Source: Candidatus Woesearchaeota archaeon (lineage in GTDB: Archaea > Nanobdellota > Nanobdellia > Woesearchaeales > ARS49). Taken from it: 64,000 nt of DNA. This document shows, piece after piece, positions 35,060 through 44,552 of the stretch; within the stretch, counting starts at the first letter, position 1; every line of letters begins with the position of its first letter. The stretch is taken from positions 8,552 to 72,551 of the forward strand of contig JACQNC010000006.1 in NCBI GenBank assembly GCA_016203225.1. The letters are read 5' to 3'. The position numbers and the translations under genes were made by a program. Under the pieces are notes generated by a model. It searched no databases, was not told the DNA's origin, and was given only the letters and a program-made list of their open reading frames with translations.

Positions 35060-35306
35060 GCCGACCACCGCAGCCCGAGCTTCGGGGGCGTACTTTTCGT
35101 GAGCCTCATTACCTGTTCATTGAACAGGTGGCGAATGGTGTTTGTCTCCAAATCAACCATGGATATCACCTCTTTGTTTGAATGGGAAGGCAGCGCCTTG
35201 CGGCGGGCCCGTCCGTCGTGAAAGAACCTCAGATTCCAGTTCTTAAATCGGCTACGCTGATAGATGTCCAGTGCCTAGTGGGGCATGAAGAAAGTCAGGG
35301 ATGATG

Positions 35307-36386
35307 TCAGAACCTATCCAGCGTAGTCGGCTTCTCCTTCGTAGCGATGTCCACTATGGTGGTCGTGCCTTCTGCGCCGCCGATTATCTTATTGGCGGTC
35401 ACGAACCCCCCTCTTTCCAGCCTATCGATCTTGCGCTGGAAAGTCTTGTACGTGCCGAAACCGCCCACTTCCTTGTACAGCCGGAACAGGTCCCCTATCT
35501 TGGAGCCAGAATTCTTCTTGACCACATCGAGGATCTGCTTCGTGTCATCTCCGAGATCGTCCGGCTTGCGGATCACGAACTCCTTCGCCTTCGTGATGGC
35601 GACGTTCGCGTGCTCGAACAGGATGCGCTTGCTGTTCGCGTACTCGGACGCCAAGGCAGCCTCACGGAACAGGAACATTCCGACCCGTATGTCCTTGGCC
35701 TCGAACGCGTAGGATGTCATGGCGTTTAGCGCGTCATCGGTGAGCGCGCCCGGGATCAAAGCCAACTCGGCACGGTGCTTCAGGATGCCGCTCACTTCCT
35801 CTTTCGAATAACTCCTGAACTCGATGATCTCCGGAGTCATACGGGAACGGATACGCTCATCGATGTCCTCGAGCCATTCCTTGTAGTTCGTGACCAAAAA
35901 CACGGCTTTCTTGTACAACTCCTCCAGGATGGAGTACAGGAAGTCATGGTCCTCGACCTTGTCGACCTCATCGAAGACGAAAACGCCCGCCTTCTTGTTC
36001 ACTATGTTCTTGATGACCTCGAACAATTCCTCGGTGCGCTTGTTCTGCGTGAACTTGTAGCCCAGCTGCTGGCAGATCTCCTCGAAGATCTTGAACGTGG
36101 TGTTCTTCTGCCAGCAATTGATGTATACCATCTCGACGTCGTCCGTCGTGTCCTCGAGCTCGCGCAACACCCACTTGATGGCTGCGGTCTTGCCGACGCC
36201 CGGCGGCCCGTGAACGAGCGCGTTCCTACCAGGCCGGCCCTCGAGCAAAGGCCGGATGCACGCGGCGGCGCGCTTCTGCTGCAACTCTCTATAAGGAAGA
36301 AGCTTAGGGACGAACTCGAGGTCGAGCGCGTCCTCGTTCCTGAAGAGCGTCTCACCACCCTTTTGCGAAAACAACCCCATCACCAA
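35307..36386 (-). CDS. cdc6: Orc1/Cdc6 replication initiator
   Basis: Walker A LVHGPPGVGKTAAIKWV, Walker B VFVFDEVD, and a C-terminal winged helix. Confidence 0.9.
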   Translation of the reverse strand: MVMGLFSQKGGETLFRNEDALDLEFVPKLLPYRELQQKRAAACIRPLLEGRPGRNALVHGPPGVGKTAAIKWVLRELEDTTDDVEMVYINCWQKNTTFKIFEEICQQLGYKFTQNKRTEELFEVIKNIVNKKAGVFVFDEVDKVEDHDFLYSILEELYKKAVFLVTNYKEWLEDIDERIRSRMTPEIIEFRSYSKEEVSGILKHRAELALIPGALTDDALNAMTSYAFEAKDIRVGMFLFREAALASEYANSKRILFEHANVAITKAKEFVIRKPDDLGDDTKQILDVVKKNSGSKIGDLFRLYKEVGGFGTYKTFQRKIDRLERGGFVTANKIIGGAEGTTTIVDIATKEKPTTLDRF

Positions 36387-36428
36387 GAATAGCGACGGTG
36401 ATGTTATATAAAGTTTTGTGGGGTGCAG

Positions 36429-36716
36429 TCAACGCAACCGGCGCCCGCACTTCCAGCAGAAATTCGTGCCCGCGTGCACCTGCGCACGGCACTTGGGGCA
36501 CAGGAAGTACTTCGGCAGCTCGCGCGGGATGACCCTCTTCTCGAGCCTCGATTCCTTCTTGCGGAAGACGAACGACAGCAGGATCCTCGCGACGCCGATG
36601 CCGATGAAAACCAAGCCGAAGTAGAAGAAGAAGGTGAAGTTTCCACCGACGCGCAGCGAGAGATAGCTAACGCCCGCTCCGATGCCCAACCAAACGATAG
36701 CGGGGATTTTTGCCAT
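36429..36716 (-). CDS. membrane protein with a C-terminal zinc ribbon
   Basis: Two TM helices then CPKC...CWKCG. Its start directly abuts the serS stop. Confidence 0.55.
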   Translation of the reverse strand: MAKIPAIVWLGIGAGVSYLSLRVGGNFTFFFYFGLVFIGIGVARILLSFVFRKKESRLEKRVIPRELPKYFLCPKCRAQVHAGTNFCWKCGRRLR

Positions 36717-37994
36717 TCACTTCTTGATCTCGATGGTCTTGAACCCGCAATACTTCTGCAAGGGCTCTGGGATGTGGATCGTGCCGTCCTTGTCCTGGTT
36801 GTTCTCAAGTATCGCCACGATAGGACGCGTGTCCGTGATGAGCGTGGCGTTCAGCGTGTGCACGAACCCCCTCTCTCCTTTGTCCTGATACCTGATGTTC
36901 AAGCGGCGCGATTGGTAATCCGCCGCGTTCGATGACGAGCCCATCTCGCGCCAAGCGTTCTGGACAGGCATCCAGGCCTCGTAGTCATAGGTCTTCGACA
37001 TCGCGACGCCCGTGTCACCTGAACACAGCGTGACCTGCCTGAACGGGATGCCGAGAGTCTTCCAGAACTCGATTGCGTTGGCCGTGAGCTCCTCGTGCAG
37101 TTTCCACGAGTCCTCTGGCTTGCACACGATGATCTGCTCTATCTTGTTGAACTGGTGCACGCGGAAGATGCCCTTCTGGTCGCGGCCGTGCGCGCCTGCC
37201 TCCTTACGGTAACAGGGCGAGATGCCGAACAGCTTGATAGGAAAATCCTTCGCCTCCAAAGTCTCATCCATGAACTCGGAAACAAGCGGATGCTCTGACG
37301 TCGCGATGGCGTACAAGTCCTCCCCCTCCACCTTGTACAAAGCTTCCTCGAACGCGCCCATGTCTGTGACACCCTCGTAAGCCTTGCGATTGATGAAGTG
37401 CGGCGGCACGATCATGGTATGGCCCTTCTTGGTCATGAAGTCAACGCCGTACTCCATGATCGCGAGCTGCAGCCGCGCGAGCTTGCCCTTCAGGAAATAC
37501 CATCGCGCGCCGGATATCTTCGCCGCGCGGTCCAAGTCAGCCAGACCACCGAGCGTGACGAGATCTATGTGGCTCAACGGCTCGAAATCGTGCTTCGTCT
37601 GTTTGCCGAACACTTTGACGACCTTGCTCTCGGTCTCGTCCTTGCCGATAGGGACCGATTCGTGCAGAAGGTTCGGGATGCGCAGCATTATGTCGCGGAA
37701 CGATTGTTCAAGCTCGGCAAGTTTCGTCTCATTGTTCGCGATATGCGCGGGAATCTGTTTAGCTTCCTCTAGGAGCGTTTTTACGTCTTTCCCCGCCTTG
37801 CGCGCGACATTGATCTCCTCAGAAACCTTGTTGCGCCTCGCACGGAGCTCGTCAGTCTCGCCCTTCAGTTTCCGGACCTGCTCGTCCAGCTTAAGGACGT
37901 CGTCGACCATCTTGATGTATTCGGGCTTGTTCCTCTTCTTGAGGTTCGCCTTCACTTCGTCCGGCTTCTCACGGATGAGTTTGATGTCGAGCAT
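36717..37994 (-). CDS. serS: seryl-tRNA synthetase
   Basis: 425 aa. N-terminal coiled-coil arm and class II motifs (FRVHQFNKIE, GDTGVAMSKTYDYEAWMP, TLNATLI). Confidence 0.93.
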   Translation of the reverse strand: MLDIKLIREKPDEVKANLKKRNKPEYIKMVDDVLKLDEQVRKLKGETDELRARRNKVSEEINVARKAGKDVKTLLEEAKQIPAHIANNETKLAELEQSFRDIMLRIPNLLHESVPIGKDETESKVVKVFGKQTKHDFEPLSHIDLVTLGGLADLDRAAKISGARWYFLKGKLARLQLAIMEYGVDFMTKKGHTMIVPPHFINRKAYEGVTDMGAFEEALYKVEGEDLYAIATSEHPLVSEFMDETLEAKDFPIKLFGISPCYRKEAGAHGRDQKGIFRVHQFNKIEQIIVCKPEDSWKLHEELTANAIEFWKTLGIPFRQVTLCSGDTGVAMSKTYDYEAWMPVQNAWREMGSSSNAADYQSRRLNIRYQDKGERGFVHTLNATLITDTRPIVAILENNQDKDGTIHIPEPLQKYCGFKTIEIKK

Positions 37995-38051
37995 AGACTT
38001 GGTTCCCTCAACAGCCGATATAAATGTTTCTCAAAAAAAGAAAGAACAAAA

Positions 38052-38321
38052 TCAGATTCTCTTGCCGACCCAGTTCCAGATGCCTGCGAAGACTCCGCCC
38101 ACAATCGCGCCGCAGACGAACGCCAGGACGACGCCTACTACGGCGGTCCCGAGACTGAACTGAGCGATGCCCGCCGACATGATGACGAAATGGTACGCCA
38201 TCTTCCAATTCAACCACTGCTGCGCGAAGCCGACGGCGACCGCGACGCTCCACAACGCGTGGAACAACGCGAACGTCAGACCAAGCGATAACGCGGTCTG
38301 TTTTGCATTCAATGCTGCCAT
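38052..38321 (-). CDS. small hydrophobic membrane protein
   Basis: 89 aa, three predicted helices, no family recognised. Confidence 0.4.
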   Translation of the reverse strand: MAALNAKQTALSLGLTFALFHALWSVAVAVGFAQQWLNWKMAYHFVIMSAGIAQFSLGTAVVGVVLAFVCGAIVGGVFAGIWNWVGKRI

Positions 38322-38324
38322 AGT

Positions 38325-38693
38325 TCACCTCTTTCTTATATCAACGATCGCCTTGAACCCACCATAGGCCATGCGCTTCATATCGAACGGCATCTCCTTC
38401 TCCTTATGGGTGTCTGCGCTGAACTCCTTCATCACCTTCGCGGTCACCTTGTTGCGATGCGCCTTCGACTTGTACACGATGAACGAGAACACGACCGTCT
38501 CGCCCTTCTTGGCGCGGGCCATCTTGGCGAACTTCAGGGTGGACCACTTGGACTTCAGATCATCACCTGCGCACTCGAAGTACTCCAGCGCGCCGTGCCT
38601 TCGCCACGCCTTCCCCGCTGCTTGCGCCAGCTTGCGGTAGGCGTTCAGCTTCCTCTTCGGCACCGGCAGAACGAATCCGTCTACGTAGGTCAT
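38325..38693 (-). CDS. DUF1428-family protein
   Basis: MTYVDGFVLPVPKRKLNAYRK...GALEYFECAGDD...VVFSFIVYKSKAHRNKV...MPFDMKRMAYGGF. Start trimmed to the ATG at 38693. Confidence 0.65.
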   Translation of the reverse strand: MTYVDGFVLPVPKRKLNAYRKLAQAAGKAWRRHGALEYFECAGDDLKSKWSTLKFAKMARAKKGETVVFSFIVYKSKAHRNKVTAKVMKEFSADTHKEKEMPFDMKRMAYGGFKAIVDIRKR

Positions 38694-38730
38694 TGTCTCA
38701 TCCTCCTTCGTGCATGAAATCCATACTCCA

Positions 38731-38870
38731 CCGCCCGGACACAATCAGAACGGAACGTTCTGATGTGCACGAGAACGCTTGCGTTCTCGTAGCAACCTCG
38801 CACCCTTGGTGCTCGGAGCCCGGACGTTGCATCGACTACAAACCCGAGTTCTCACCCGGATTAACGAATC
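38731..38870 (+). repeat. structured intergenic repeat family, copy E (divergent, hairpin-rich)
   Basis: CCCGGACACAATCAG (38734-38748) parallels CCCGGCACGATTGACG. ACTACAAACC (38835-38844) and GAGTTCTCACCCGG (38846-38859) parallel copy A. Hairpins CAGAACG-gaa-CGTTCTG (38746-38762) and ACGAGAACG-cttg-CGTTCTCGT (38769-38790) resemble the insertion in copy D. Confidence 0.5.
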
Positions 38871-38872
38871 AA

Positions 38873-38956
38873 CGCCACCGCCCGGATTTGAACCGGGAAA
38901 TCCGTGAGGAAAGTGGATTAGCAATCCACCGCAATACCAGGTTATGCGACGGTGGC
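38873..38956 (-). tRNA. tRNA-Ser (anticodon GCT)
   Basis: Acceptor GCCACCG/CGGTGGC plus discriminator G. Anticodon arm GTGGA-TTGCTAA-TCCAC. Long variable arm. T arm CCCGG-TTCAAAT-CCGGG. Confidence 0.88.
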
Positions 38957-39023
38957 ATGAATGATGCCATACCTTCCTTTCTGAGGCTCTCTTTTAAAGG
39001 TTTCTTCGTGACACGCACAAACA

Positions 39024-39032
39024 TTTATAAAA
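39024..39032 (+). promoter_or_regulatory. TATA box (TTTATAAAA) for initiator tRNA
   Basis: Centre is about 32 nt upstream of the tRNA 5' end. Confidence 0.5.
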
Positions 39033-39059
39033 GCCCCAGAACCGCTTCAACACATCCTC

Positions 39060-39134
39060 AGCGGGGTGGGGAAGCTTGGAGTTCCCGGCGGGCTCATAAC
39101 CCGCAGCTCGCACGTTCAAATCGTGCCCCCGCTA
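39060..39134 (+). tRNA. initiator tRNA-Met (anticodon CAT)
   Basis: A1:U72 acceptor end (AGCGGGG/CCCCGCT). Three consecutive G-C pairs closing the anticodon loop (GCGGG-CTCATAA-CCCGC). T arm GCACG-TTCAAAT-CGTGC. Followed by TTTTTT. Confidence 0.88.
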
Positions 39135-39140
39135 TTTTTT
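39135..39140 (+). terminator. oligo-T terminator after tRNA-iMet
   Basis: TTTTTT immediately follows the discriminator base. Confidence 0.5.
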
Positions 39141-39143
39141 CGC

Positions 39144-39524
39144 CTACTGATACGGCTTCGGTCGCGTCACGTCGGTCCGCAACCGGTGCTGTATCTGAGA
39201 AAGGATCTCCTCAAAGCTTTTGTGCACGGCGCGCGGCAATTCGTAATCGTCGTTCTTGGAGCTCTCGAAAACGAATCCCGGAGAGACGGCCCGCACGTGC
39301 AGCGTGTAGCGTCGGCGTTTCTCCTTCCCTTCAAGCTTTCCGCCGGTCGTGACATGCACGACTACGTTGGTGACGTTGTGCATCTCGCGCTTGATCTTCT
39401 CGAAGTATTCCGTCGAAAGGGACTGAACCGTGTCCTGCTCGCCGGGCTCGAGCTCGCGCACGCCCGCGAACTGGATGACTTCTGTCGCGCCGTACTTTGG
39501 GACTTCTTTTTTCATCAACACCAC
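39144..39524 (-). CDS. hypothetical protein (possible RaiA/HPF-like fold)
   Basis: 126 aa. ...YTLHVRAVSPGFVFESSKNDDYELPRAVHKSFEEILSQIQHRL loosely resembles ribosome hibernation factors. Weak. Confidence 0.35.
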   Translation of the reverse strand: MVLMKKEVPKYGATEVIQFAGVRELEPGEQDTVQSLSTEYFEKIKREMHNVTNVVVHVTTGGKLEGKEKRRRYTLHVRAVSPGFVFESSKNDDYELPRAVHKSFEEILSQIQHRLRTDVTRPKPYQ

Positions 39525-39527
39525 CCT

Positions 39528-40175
39528 TTAGTCATACTTCCCTAACGATTGTTGCGAGGCGTTCTTAAATGTTTTCCAACTGTGACGGAAAATCTCGGGA
39601 AACTTGTCCCAGTAGCTCTCGACAAACGCTTTTGTCTTCGGGTCCGAGATGTAGCCTGACCCGAAATCGACACCGAGTTTCTTGCGCAGTTCCGCGATCT
39701 CGCGGTCGCGCTCGACCTTCGCCAGGATGCTCGCCGCTCCGACTACGACGTAATCCGTGTCTGCGTGGTGCGCGCACGTGAGCGCGGTCTTGTGCACCAG
39801 TTTTTTCTCTATGAATTGCGAGTAGGCCTTGAGGTTTGGGCTGGGACAGTCGAGGATCGTAGAATCAGGCTTCAGCGCATCGATGAGCTCGACCGCCTTG
39901 TTCGCCTCCAGCCAGTTAAGGTTGAGGCCGTCCTTGGACTGCACGGCATCATCAATCTCGTCCGGAGGGATGCGGATGACCTTGTGCGCCTTGACCAGCT
40001 TCTTGACCTGGTCGTACAATTGCTCGCGCTTCTTGGGAGTCAAAAGCTTCGAGTCCTTGACGCCGAGCGCCTTGAGCGCGCCCTCCTGGCCTGCCTCGAT
40101 GACGACGCCGCAGATGTGCAAGGAACCGATTATGGGACCTCTACCGGCCTCGTCGATGCCGCAAACAGTAGGCAT
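39528..40175 (-). CDS. rnhB: ribonuclease HII
   Basis: MPTVCGIDEAGRGPIIGSL... and later DSKLL, HHADTDYVVVGAASILAK. Start trimmed to the ATG at 40175. Confidence 0.88.
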   Translation of the reverse strand: MPTVCGIDEAGRGPIIGSLHICGVVIEAGQEGALKALGVKDSKLLTPKKREQLYDQVKKLVKAHKVIRIPPDEIDDAVQSKDGLNLNWLEANKAVELIDALKPDSTILDCPSPNLKAYSQFIEKKLVHKTALTCAHHADTDYVVVGAASILAKVERDREIAELRKKLGVDFGSGYISDPKTKAFVESYWDKFPEIFRHSWKTFKNASQQSLGKYD

Positions 40176-40256
40176 ACGTCCTTCGGGAGAGGATTGGCTT
40201 TTATACCTTTGCCTATTATATTTCAATATAGAAATCAATAAATTGATAAGCAAAGA

Positions 40257-40265
40257 TTTTATATA
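40257..40265 (+). promoter_or_regulatory. TATA box (TTTTATATA) for smc
   Basis: It sits in the AT-rich divergent spacer between rnhB and smc, about 33 nt upstream of the ATG at 40294. A GGAGG lies between them. Confidence 0.45.
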
Positions 40266-40293
40266 GCAACAAAGGAGGTTTTCGTAGTGCGTC

Positions 40294-43200
40294 ATGTCTG
40301 AAGAGCAGCTTCCAAAAGGAGGGGATGGAACACCAGCCGTCCCAGAACCGGTTTCTCAAGTACTTGAAACACCGAAAGACACGCTCCCTGGCGCGAGCTC
40401 CCCCGGCACTGTTGAGGCACAACCAACGCCGAGCCAGTCAACCACTGGTCTCACGAAGATCAACAAGCTCATCATGGAGGGCTTCAAGAGTTTCGGCAAA
40501 CGCACCGAACTCCTGTTCGACAAGGACTTCAACGTCATCATCGGACCCAACGGCTCGGGAAAATCCAACGTGCTCGACGCTTTATGCTTCGTACTCGGAA
40601 AGACGAGCGCGAAATCGATGCGCGCAGAGAAGACCAGCAACCTGATCTACAACGGCGGCAAGACAAAGAACCCCGCCAAGCAGGCCGAAGTCAGCATCGT
40701 GTTCGACAACAGCAAGAGCATCTTCCCCACGCCGGAAGCGGAGGTCAAGGTCACGCGTCTTGTCCGCGCGGACGGCCAGAGCAAGTACAAGATCAACGGC
40801 AAGACAAGGACGCGACAGGAGATCCTAGACCTGATGAGCTTCGCCAAGATCGAGCCGAACGGATACAACATCATCCTGCAAGGCGACATCGTACACTTCT
40901 GCGAGATGCCCTCCGTCGAACGCAGGCAGACTGTCGAGGAGATCGCGGGCATCGGCGTGTACGAAGAGAAGAAACAGCACGCGCTCAACGACCTCCAGAA
41001 AGTCGAGGCAAACCTCGGCCAGGTCGGCATCATCCTCAAGGAACGCGAAAGCTACCTCAAGGACCTGAAGAAGGACCGCGACCAGGCAGTGAAGTTCAAG
41101 GAGCTCAACGACAGGCTCAGACAGAACAAGGCCACGATCGTCAAGCGCCAACTCGACGGCAAAGACGCAGACACCAAAAAGGTCGAGGACAAGGTAGGCA
41201 GCTACCGCGAGAAGTTCGACAAACTCCAGGGCCAGGTCAAGGCCGTGCGAGAGAATATCCAGTCCAAACGCGCAGAGATCTCGCGGATCGACCAGGAAGT
41301 CCAGCAGAAAGGCGAACAGGAACAGGTCGCGATGCAGAAAGACGTCGAGACATTGCGCGTCGACATCGCCACGCAAAGGACGCGTTTGAGTTCCGTCCAC
41401 ACCGAGCTCGGCAGGATAGCGCAGCGCAAAGACCAACTCTCAAAGTCGCTCGAAGAGCTCGGCCAGAAGCTCACCGACACGAAGCAACAGAAGCAGGACC
41501 TCGAATCGCGCAAAACTAACCTCCAGCGAGAGCTCACGGCGCACGAGAAGAAGCTCGCAGACTTCAAGAAGAAGCACCAGCTCGGCGAAGACAACGACTT
41601 CGACAAGCAGATAATGGACTCCGACAAGGACGCCGAGGAGAAGCAGAAAGCGCTCTCGCAACTGCGAGAAGAACAACAGAATCTCCTGCGCGAGAAGGAC
41701 AAGATCGAGTTCCAGCTGCAGACCATCGACCAACAGATCGAGAAGATGCACGACCTCGAGAAGGAGCACACGACCGAGATCAAGGCTTTGAAACAGCGCA
41801 AGGACGAGTTCAAGAAAGCCGTGCTCGAGCTCAACCAATACCTCAACAAGGACTCCGAGATGGCCGCGCAACTCGCACAGTCCAAGCAGAAGCTCCTCAA
41901 GCATTCCGAAGAACTGGCCCGCCTGGAAGTCCGAAACGCGAGCGCACAGGAAGCGATCGCAGGCAACCTCGCGGTCAAGAAAGTCATCGAGAACCGACAG
42001 CAACTCGGCGACATCTTCGGCACCGTGGCCGAGCTCGGTAACACGGACAAGAAGCACAGCTTCGCGCTCGAGGTCGCGGCCGCGAACAGGATCCACAGCG
42101 TCGTCGTCGAGGACGACAAGGTCGCCGCCAAATGCATCAAGTTCCTCAAGGAGAACAAGTTCGGTACGGCGACCTTCCTGCCGCTGAACAAGATCAAAGG
42201 GAACGCAGTCAAGTCCGAGCACAAGGATTTTCTCAAGCAGAAGGGCGTGATCGGTTTCGCGATAGACCTCATAAAGTTCGAGCCGCGATTCAAGGACGTG
42301 TTCTCGTACGTGTTCGGCAACACGCTCGTCGTCGACAGCATCGATACGGCGCGCAGGATCGGCGTGGGTACGATCAAGATGGTCACGCTAGACGGCGACC
42401 TATGCGAGGTCTCCGGCGCCATGGTCGGCGGCTACCACGCGAAGAAACAAGGAGCGTTCAAGGAACAGGAATTGTCGGGAAGCATCGACACTATCCGAGA
42501 AGACATCAACAGCCTCCAAGCGTTCGTCTCGAAACTCCAGACAGACAAGACAGCGAACGAGGATGCCATCCAACGATTGCGCGAATTCAAGGCAAACCTG
42601 GAAGGCGAGATCATCAAGACAGAGAAGTCCCTGCATCTCGACACGTCCGACCTCGACGCGAGCAAGGGCTACAAGGACGAACTCAAGAAATCCCTCGCAG
42701 AAGTGAGCAAGAAGCTCGACAGCATCACTGACACGATCACGGACGCGACGCAGGCATTGGCGCAGATCAAGACGAAGAAGCAGCAGTTGCATGACAAGAT
42801 CGCCGAATTGAGGCGCCCGACGGTCATCGCCGAACTCAACGCGTACGAGGAGCACCGCAAGAAGCTCTCGGACGAGAGCATCCTAATCACGGCAGACCTG
42901 AAGAACGTCGAAGCGCAACTGACAGACGTGCTCGGACGCGACCACGAGAACACGCTCAAGATCCTCAAGGACCTCGAAAAGGAAGCCGAGACGTTCAAGG
43001 CCGAGAGCAAGGAGCTCGACGCCAGGACGAAGGAACAGGAGAGGTCCCTGAAGCAGAAGGAGAAAGCGCAAGCGGAGTTCCAGAGCAAGTTCAAGGACCT
43101 CTTCACCAAGCGCAACAAGTTGTCTGACGAGATAACCGTGCTCGAGAACAAGGCGTTCACGGTCGAAGAGAACTCGCGCAAGGAAGAGCTCCAGATGAAC

Positions 43201-43938
43201 ACGCTCAGCATCGAGGAAGCGCGCCTGAAGGCCGAGCGCTCGGCGCTCACGGCCGAGTTCGAGCAGTACGCGGGCGTCGAGCTGTCCGAGAAGCCCGACG
43301 ACGTGCTCAAGAAGGAGATCGGCGAGTGCGAGAAGATGCGCGAGAACATCGGTTCGGTGAACCTGCGCGCGCTAGAGATCTACGACACGGTCGAGAACGA
43401 GTACAATGGTTTGCTGCAGAAGAAGGAGACGCTCGCCAAGGAGAAAGAGGATGTCGTCGGGCTCATGAACGAGATCGAGGGCAAGAAGCGTGAACTATTC
43501 CTCCAAACGCTCGCGGTCGTCAAGCAGAACTTCCAGACCATCTTCTCGGCGTTGTCGACGAAAGGCGAAGCCGACCTGGAACTCGAGACGCCGGAGAACC
43601 CATTCGAAGGCGGCCTCAACGTCAAGGTGCGCCTGGTGGGCAACAAGTTCCTCGACATCAGGTCATTATCAGGCGGCGAGAAGACCATGACAGCGCTCGC
43701 GTTCATCTTCGCCATCCAGGAACACGCTCCGGCGAGCTTCTACGTCCTCGATGAGGTCGACGCCGCGCTCGACAAGCACAACTCGGACAAACTAGCGAAG
43801 CTCATCAAGAAGTACTGCGACCGGGCGCAATACATCGTCATCTCGCACAACGACAACGTCATCGGCGAAGCCTCCACGTTGTACGGTGTCAGCCTCGCCG
43901 ACCACGGCGTCAGCAACGTCGTCGGCATCAAGGTATGA
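40294..43938 (+). CDS. smc: SMC chromosome segregation ATPase
   Basis: 1214 aa. Walker A GPNGSGKSNVLDAL, long coiled coils, hinge, signature LSGGEKTMTALAFIFAIQ, Walker B FYVLDEVDAALD. Confidence 0.93.
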   Translation: MSEEQLPKGGDGTPAVPEPVSQVLETPKDTLPGASSPGTVEAQPTPSQSTTGLTKINKLIMEGFKSFGKRTELLFDKDFNVIIGPNGSGKSNVLDALCFVLGKTSAKSMRAEKTSNLIYNGGKTKNPAKQAEVSIVFDNSKSIFPTPEAEVKVTRLVRADGQSKYKINGKTRTRQEILDLMSFAKIEPNGYNIILQGDIVHFCEMPSVERRQTVEEIAGIGVYEEKKQHALNDLQKVEANLGQVGIILKERESYLKDLKKDRDQAVKFKELNDRLRQNKATIVKRQLDGKDADTKKVEDKVGSYREKFDKLQGQVKAVRENIQSKRAEISRIDQEVQQKGEQEQVAMQKDVETLRVDIATQRTRLSSVHTELGRIAQRKDQLSKSLEELGQKLTDTKQQKQDLESRKTNLQRELTAHEKKLADFKKKHQLGEDNDFDKQIMDSDKDAEEKQKALSQLREEQQNLLREKDKIEFQLQTIDQQIEKMHDLEKEHTTEIKALKQRKDEFKKAVLELNQYLNKDSEMAAQLAQSKQKLLKHSEELARLEVRNASAQEAIAGNLAVKKVIENRQQLGDIFGTVAELGNTDKKHSFALEVAAANRIHSVVVEDDKVAAKCIKFLKENKFGTATFLPLNKIKGNAVKSEHKDFLKQKGVIGFAIDLIKFEPRFKDVFSYVFGNTLVVDSIDTARRIGVGTIKMVTLDGDLCEVSGAMVGGYHAKKQGAFKEQELSGSIDTIREDINSLQAFVSKLQTDKTANEDAIQRLREFKANLEGEIIKTEKSLHLDTSDLDASKGYKDELKKSLAEVSKKLDSITDTITDATQALAQIKTKKQQLHDKIAELRRPTVIAELNAYEEHRKKLSDESILITADLKNVEAQLTDVLGRDHENTLKILKDLEKEAETFKAESKELDARTKEQERSLKQKEKAQAEFQSKFKDLFTKRNKLSDEITVLENKAFTVEENSRKEELQMNTLSIEEARLKAERSALTAEFEQYAGVELSEKPDDVLKKEIGECEKMRENIGSVNLRALEIYDTVENEYNGLLQKKETLAKEKEDVVGLMNEIEGKKRELFLQTLAVVKQNFQTIFSALSTKGEADLELETPENPFEGGLNVKVRLVGNKFLDIRSLSGGEKTMTALAFIFAIQEHAPASFYVLDEVDAALDKHNSDKLAKLIKKYCDRAQYIVISHNDNVIGEASTLYGVSLADHGVSNVVGIKV

Positions 43939-44552
43939 AACGCGTCATTCTCATCGGGGGCTCGCCCACCGCCGGCAAAAGCCACACGGCGAGAAAACTC
44001 GCAGAAGCGCTCAAGTTGCCTTGGATCTCCACCGACACCATTCGAGAACAAATGAGAAATATCGTGAGTAAAAAGGACTTTCCTCAACTGTTTCATCATG
44101 CCAAAGCCACACCAAATAGGGCAGTCGAGTTCTTAACACACAATACTGCTGAAGAGATTGTAAGACACCAGAACGAAGAAAGTGTCGATGTCTGGAAAGG
44201 AGTCATAGCGCTTGTCGAGACCGATTATGTCTGGGAATCGTTCGTTGTTGAGGGTGTGGCTGTTTTGCCACGCTTGGTTGCTAAATTGCGTAAGAACCGC
44301 AAGGACATCAAAGCGGTTTTCCTCATTGATGAGAACAAGGCGCGCGTGAGAAAGACCATCTTCACGCGCGGATTATGGGACGACGCATGGAAATACCCCG
44401 ATAGCATCAAAGAAAAGGAAGTCGAGTGGGTCCTTGCGTTCAACAAGTACATCAAAAAGGAAGCGAAGAAATATCGCTTGCCTGTCGTCAGCATCGACAC
44501 CCGCAAGAACAATCTTAAGCGAATGAAGAAACTCCTCAGAGTGAATGCATGA
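43935..44552 (+). CDS. P-loop kinase-like protein (2-phosphoglycerate kinase-like N-terminus)
   Basis: ILIGGSPTAGKSHTARKLAEALKLPWISTDTIREQMR. ATGA overlap with the smc stop. Confidence 0.5.
   Translation: MKRVILIGGSPTAGKSHTARKLAEALKLPWISTDTIREQMRNIVSKKDFPQLFHHAKATPNRAVEFLTHNTAEEIVRHQNEESVDVWKGVIALVETDYVWESFVVEGVAVLPRLVAKLRKNRKDIKAVFLIDENKARVRKTIFTRGLWDDAWKYPDSIKEKEVEWVLAFNKYIKKEAKKYRLPVVSIDTRKNNLKRMKKLLRVNA

Noticed and set aside
34870-35306. Possible replication origin next to Orc1/Cdc6
   Set aside because: Only one partial ORB-like TTCCAGT (near 35233) is present. There is no repeated ORB set and no A/T-rich unwinding element here or in the 42-nt spacer upstream of cdc6 (36387-36428). Evidence is insufficient from this window.
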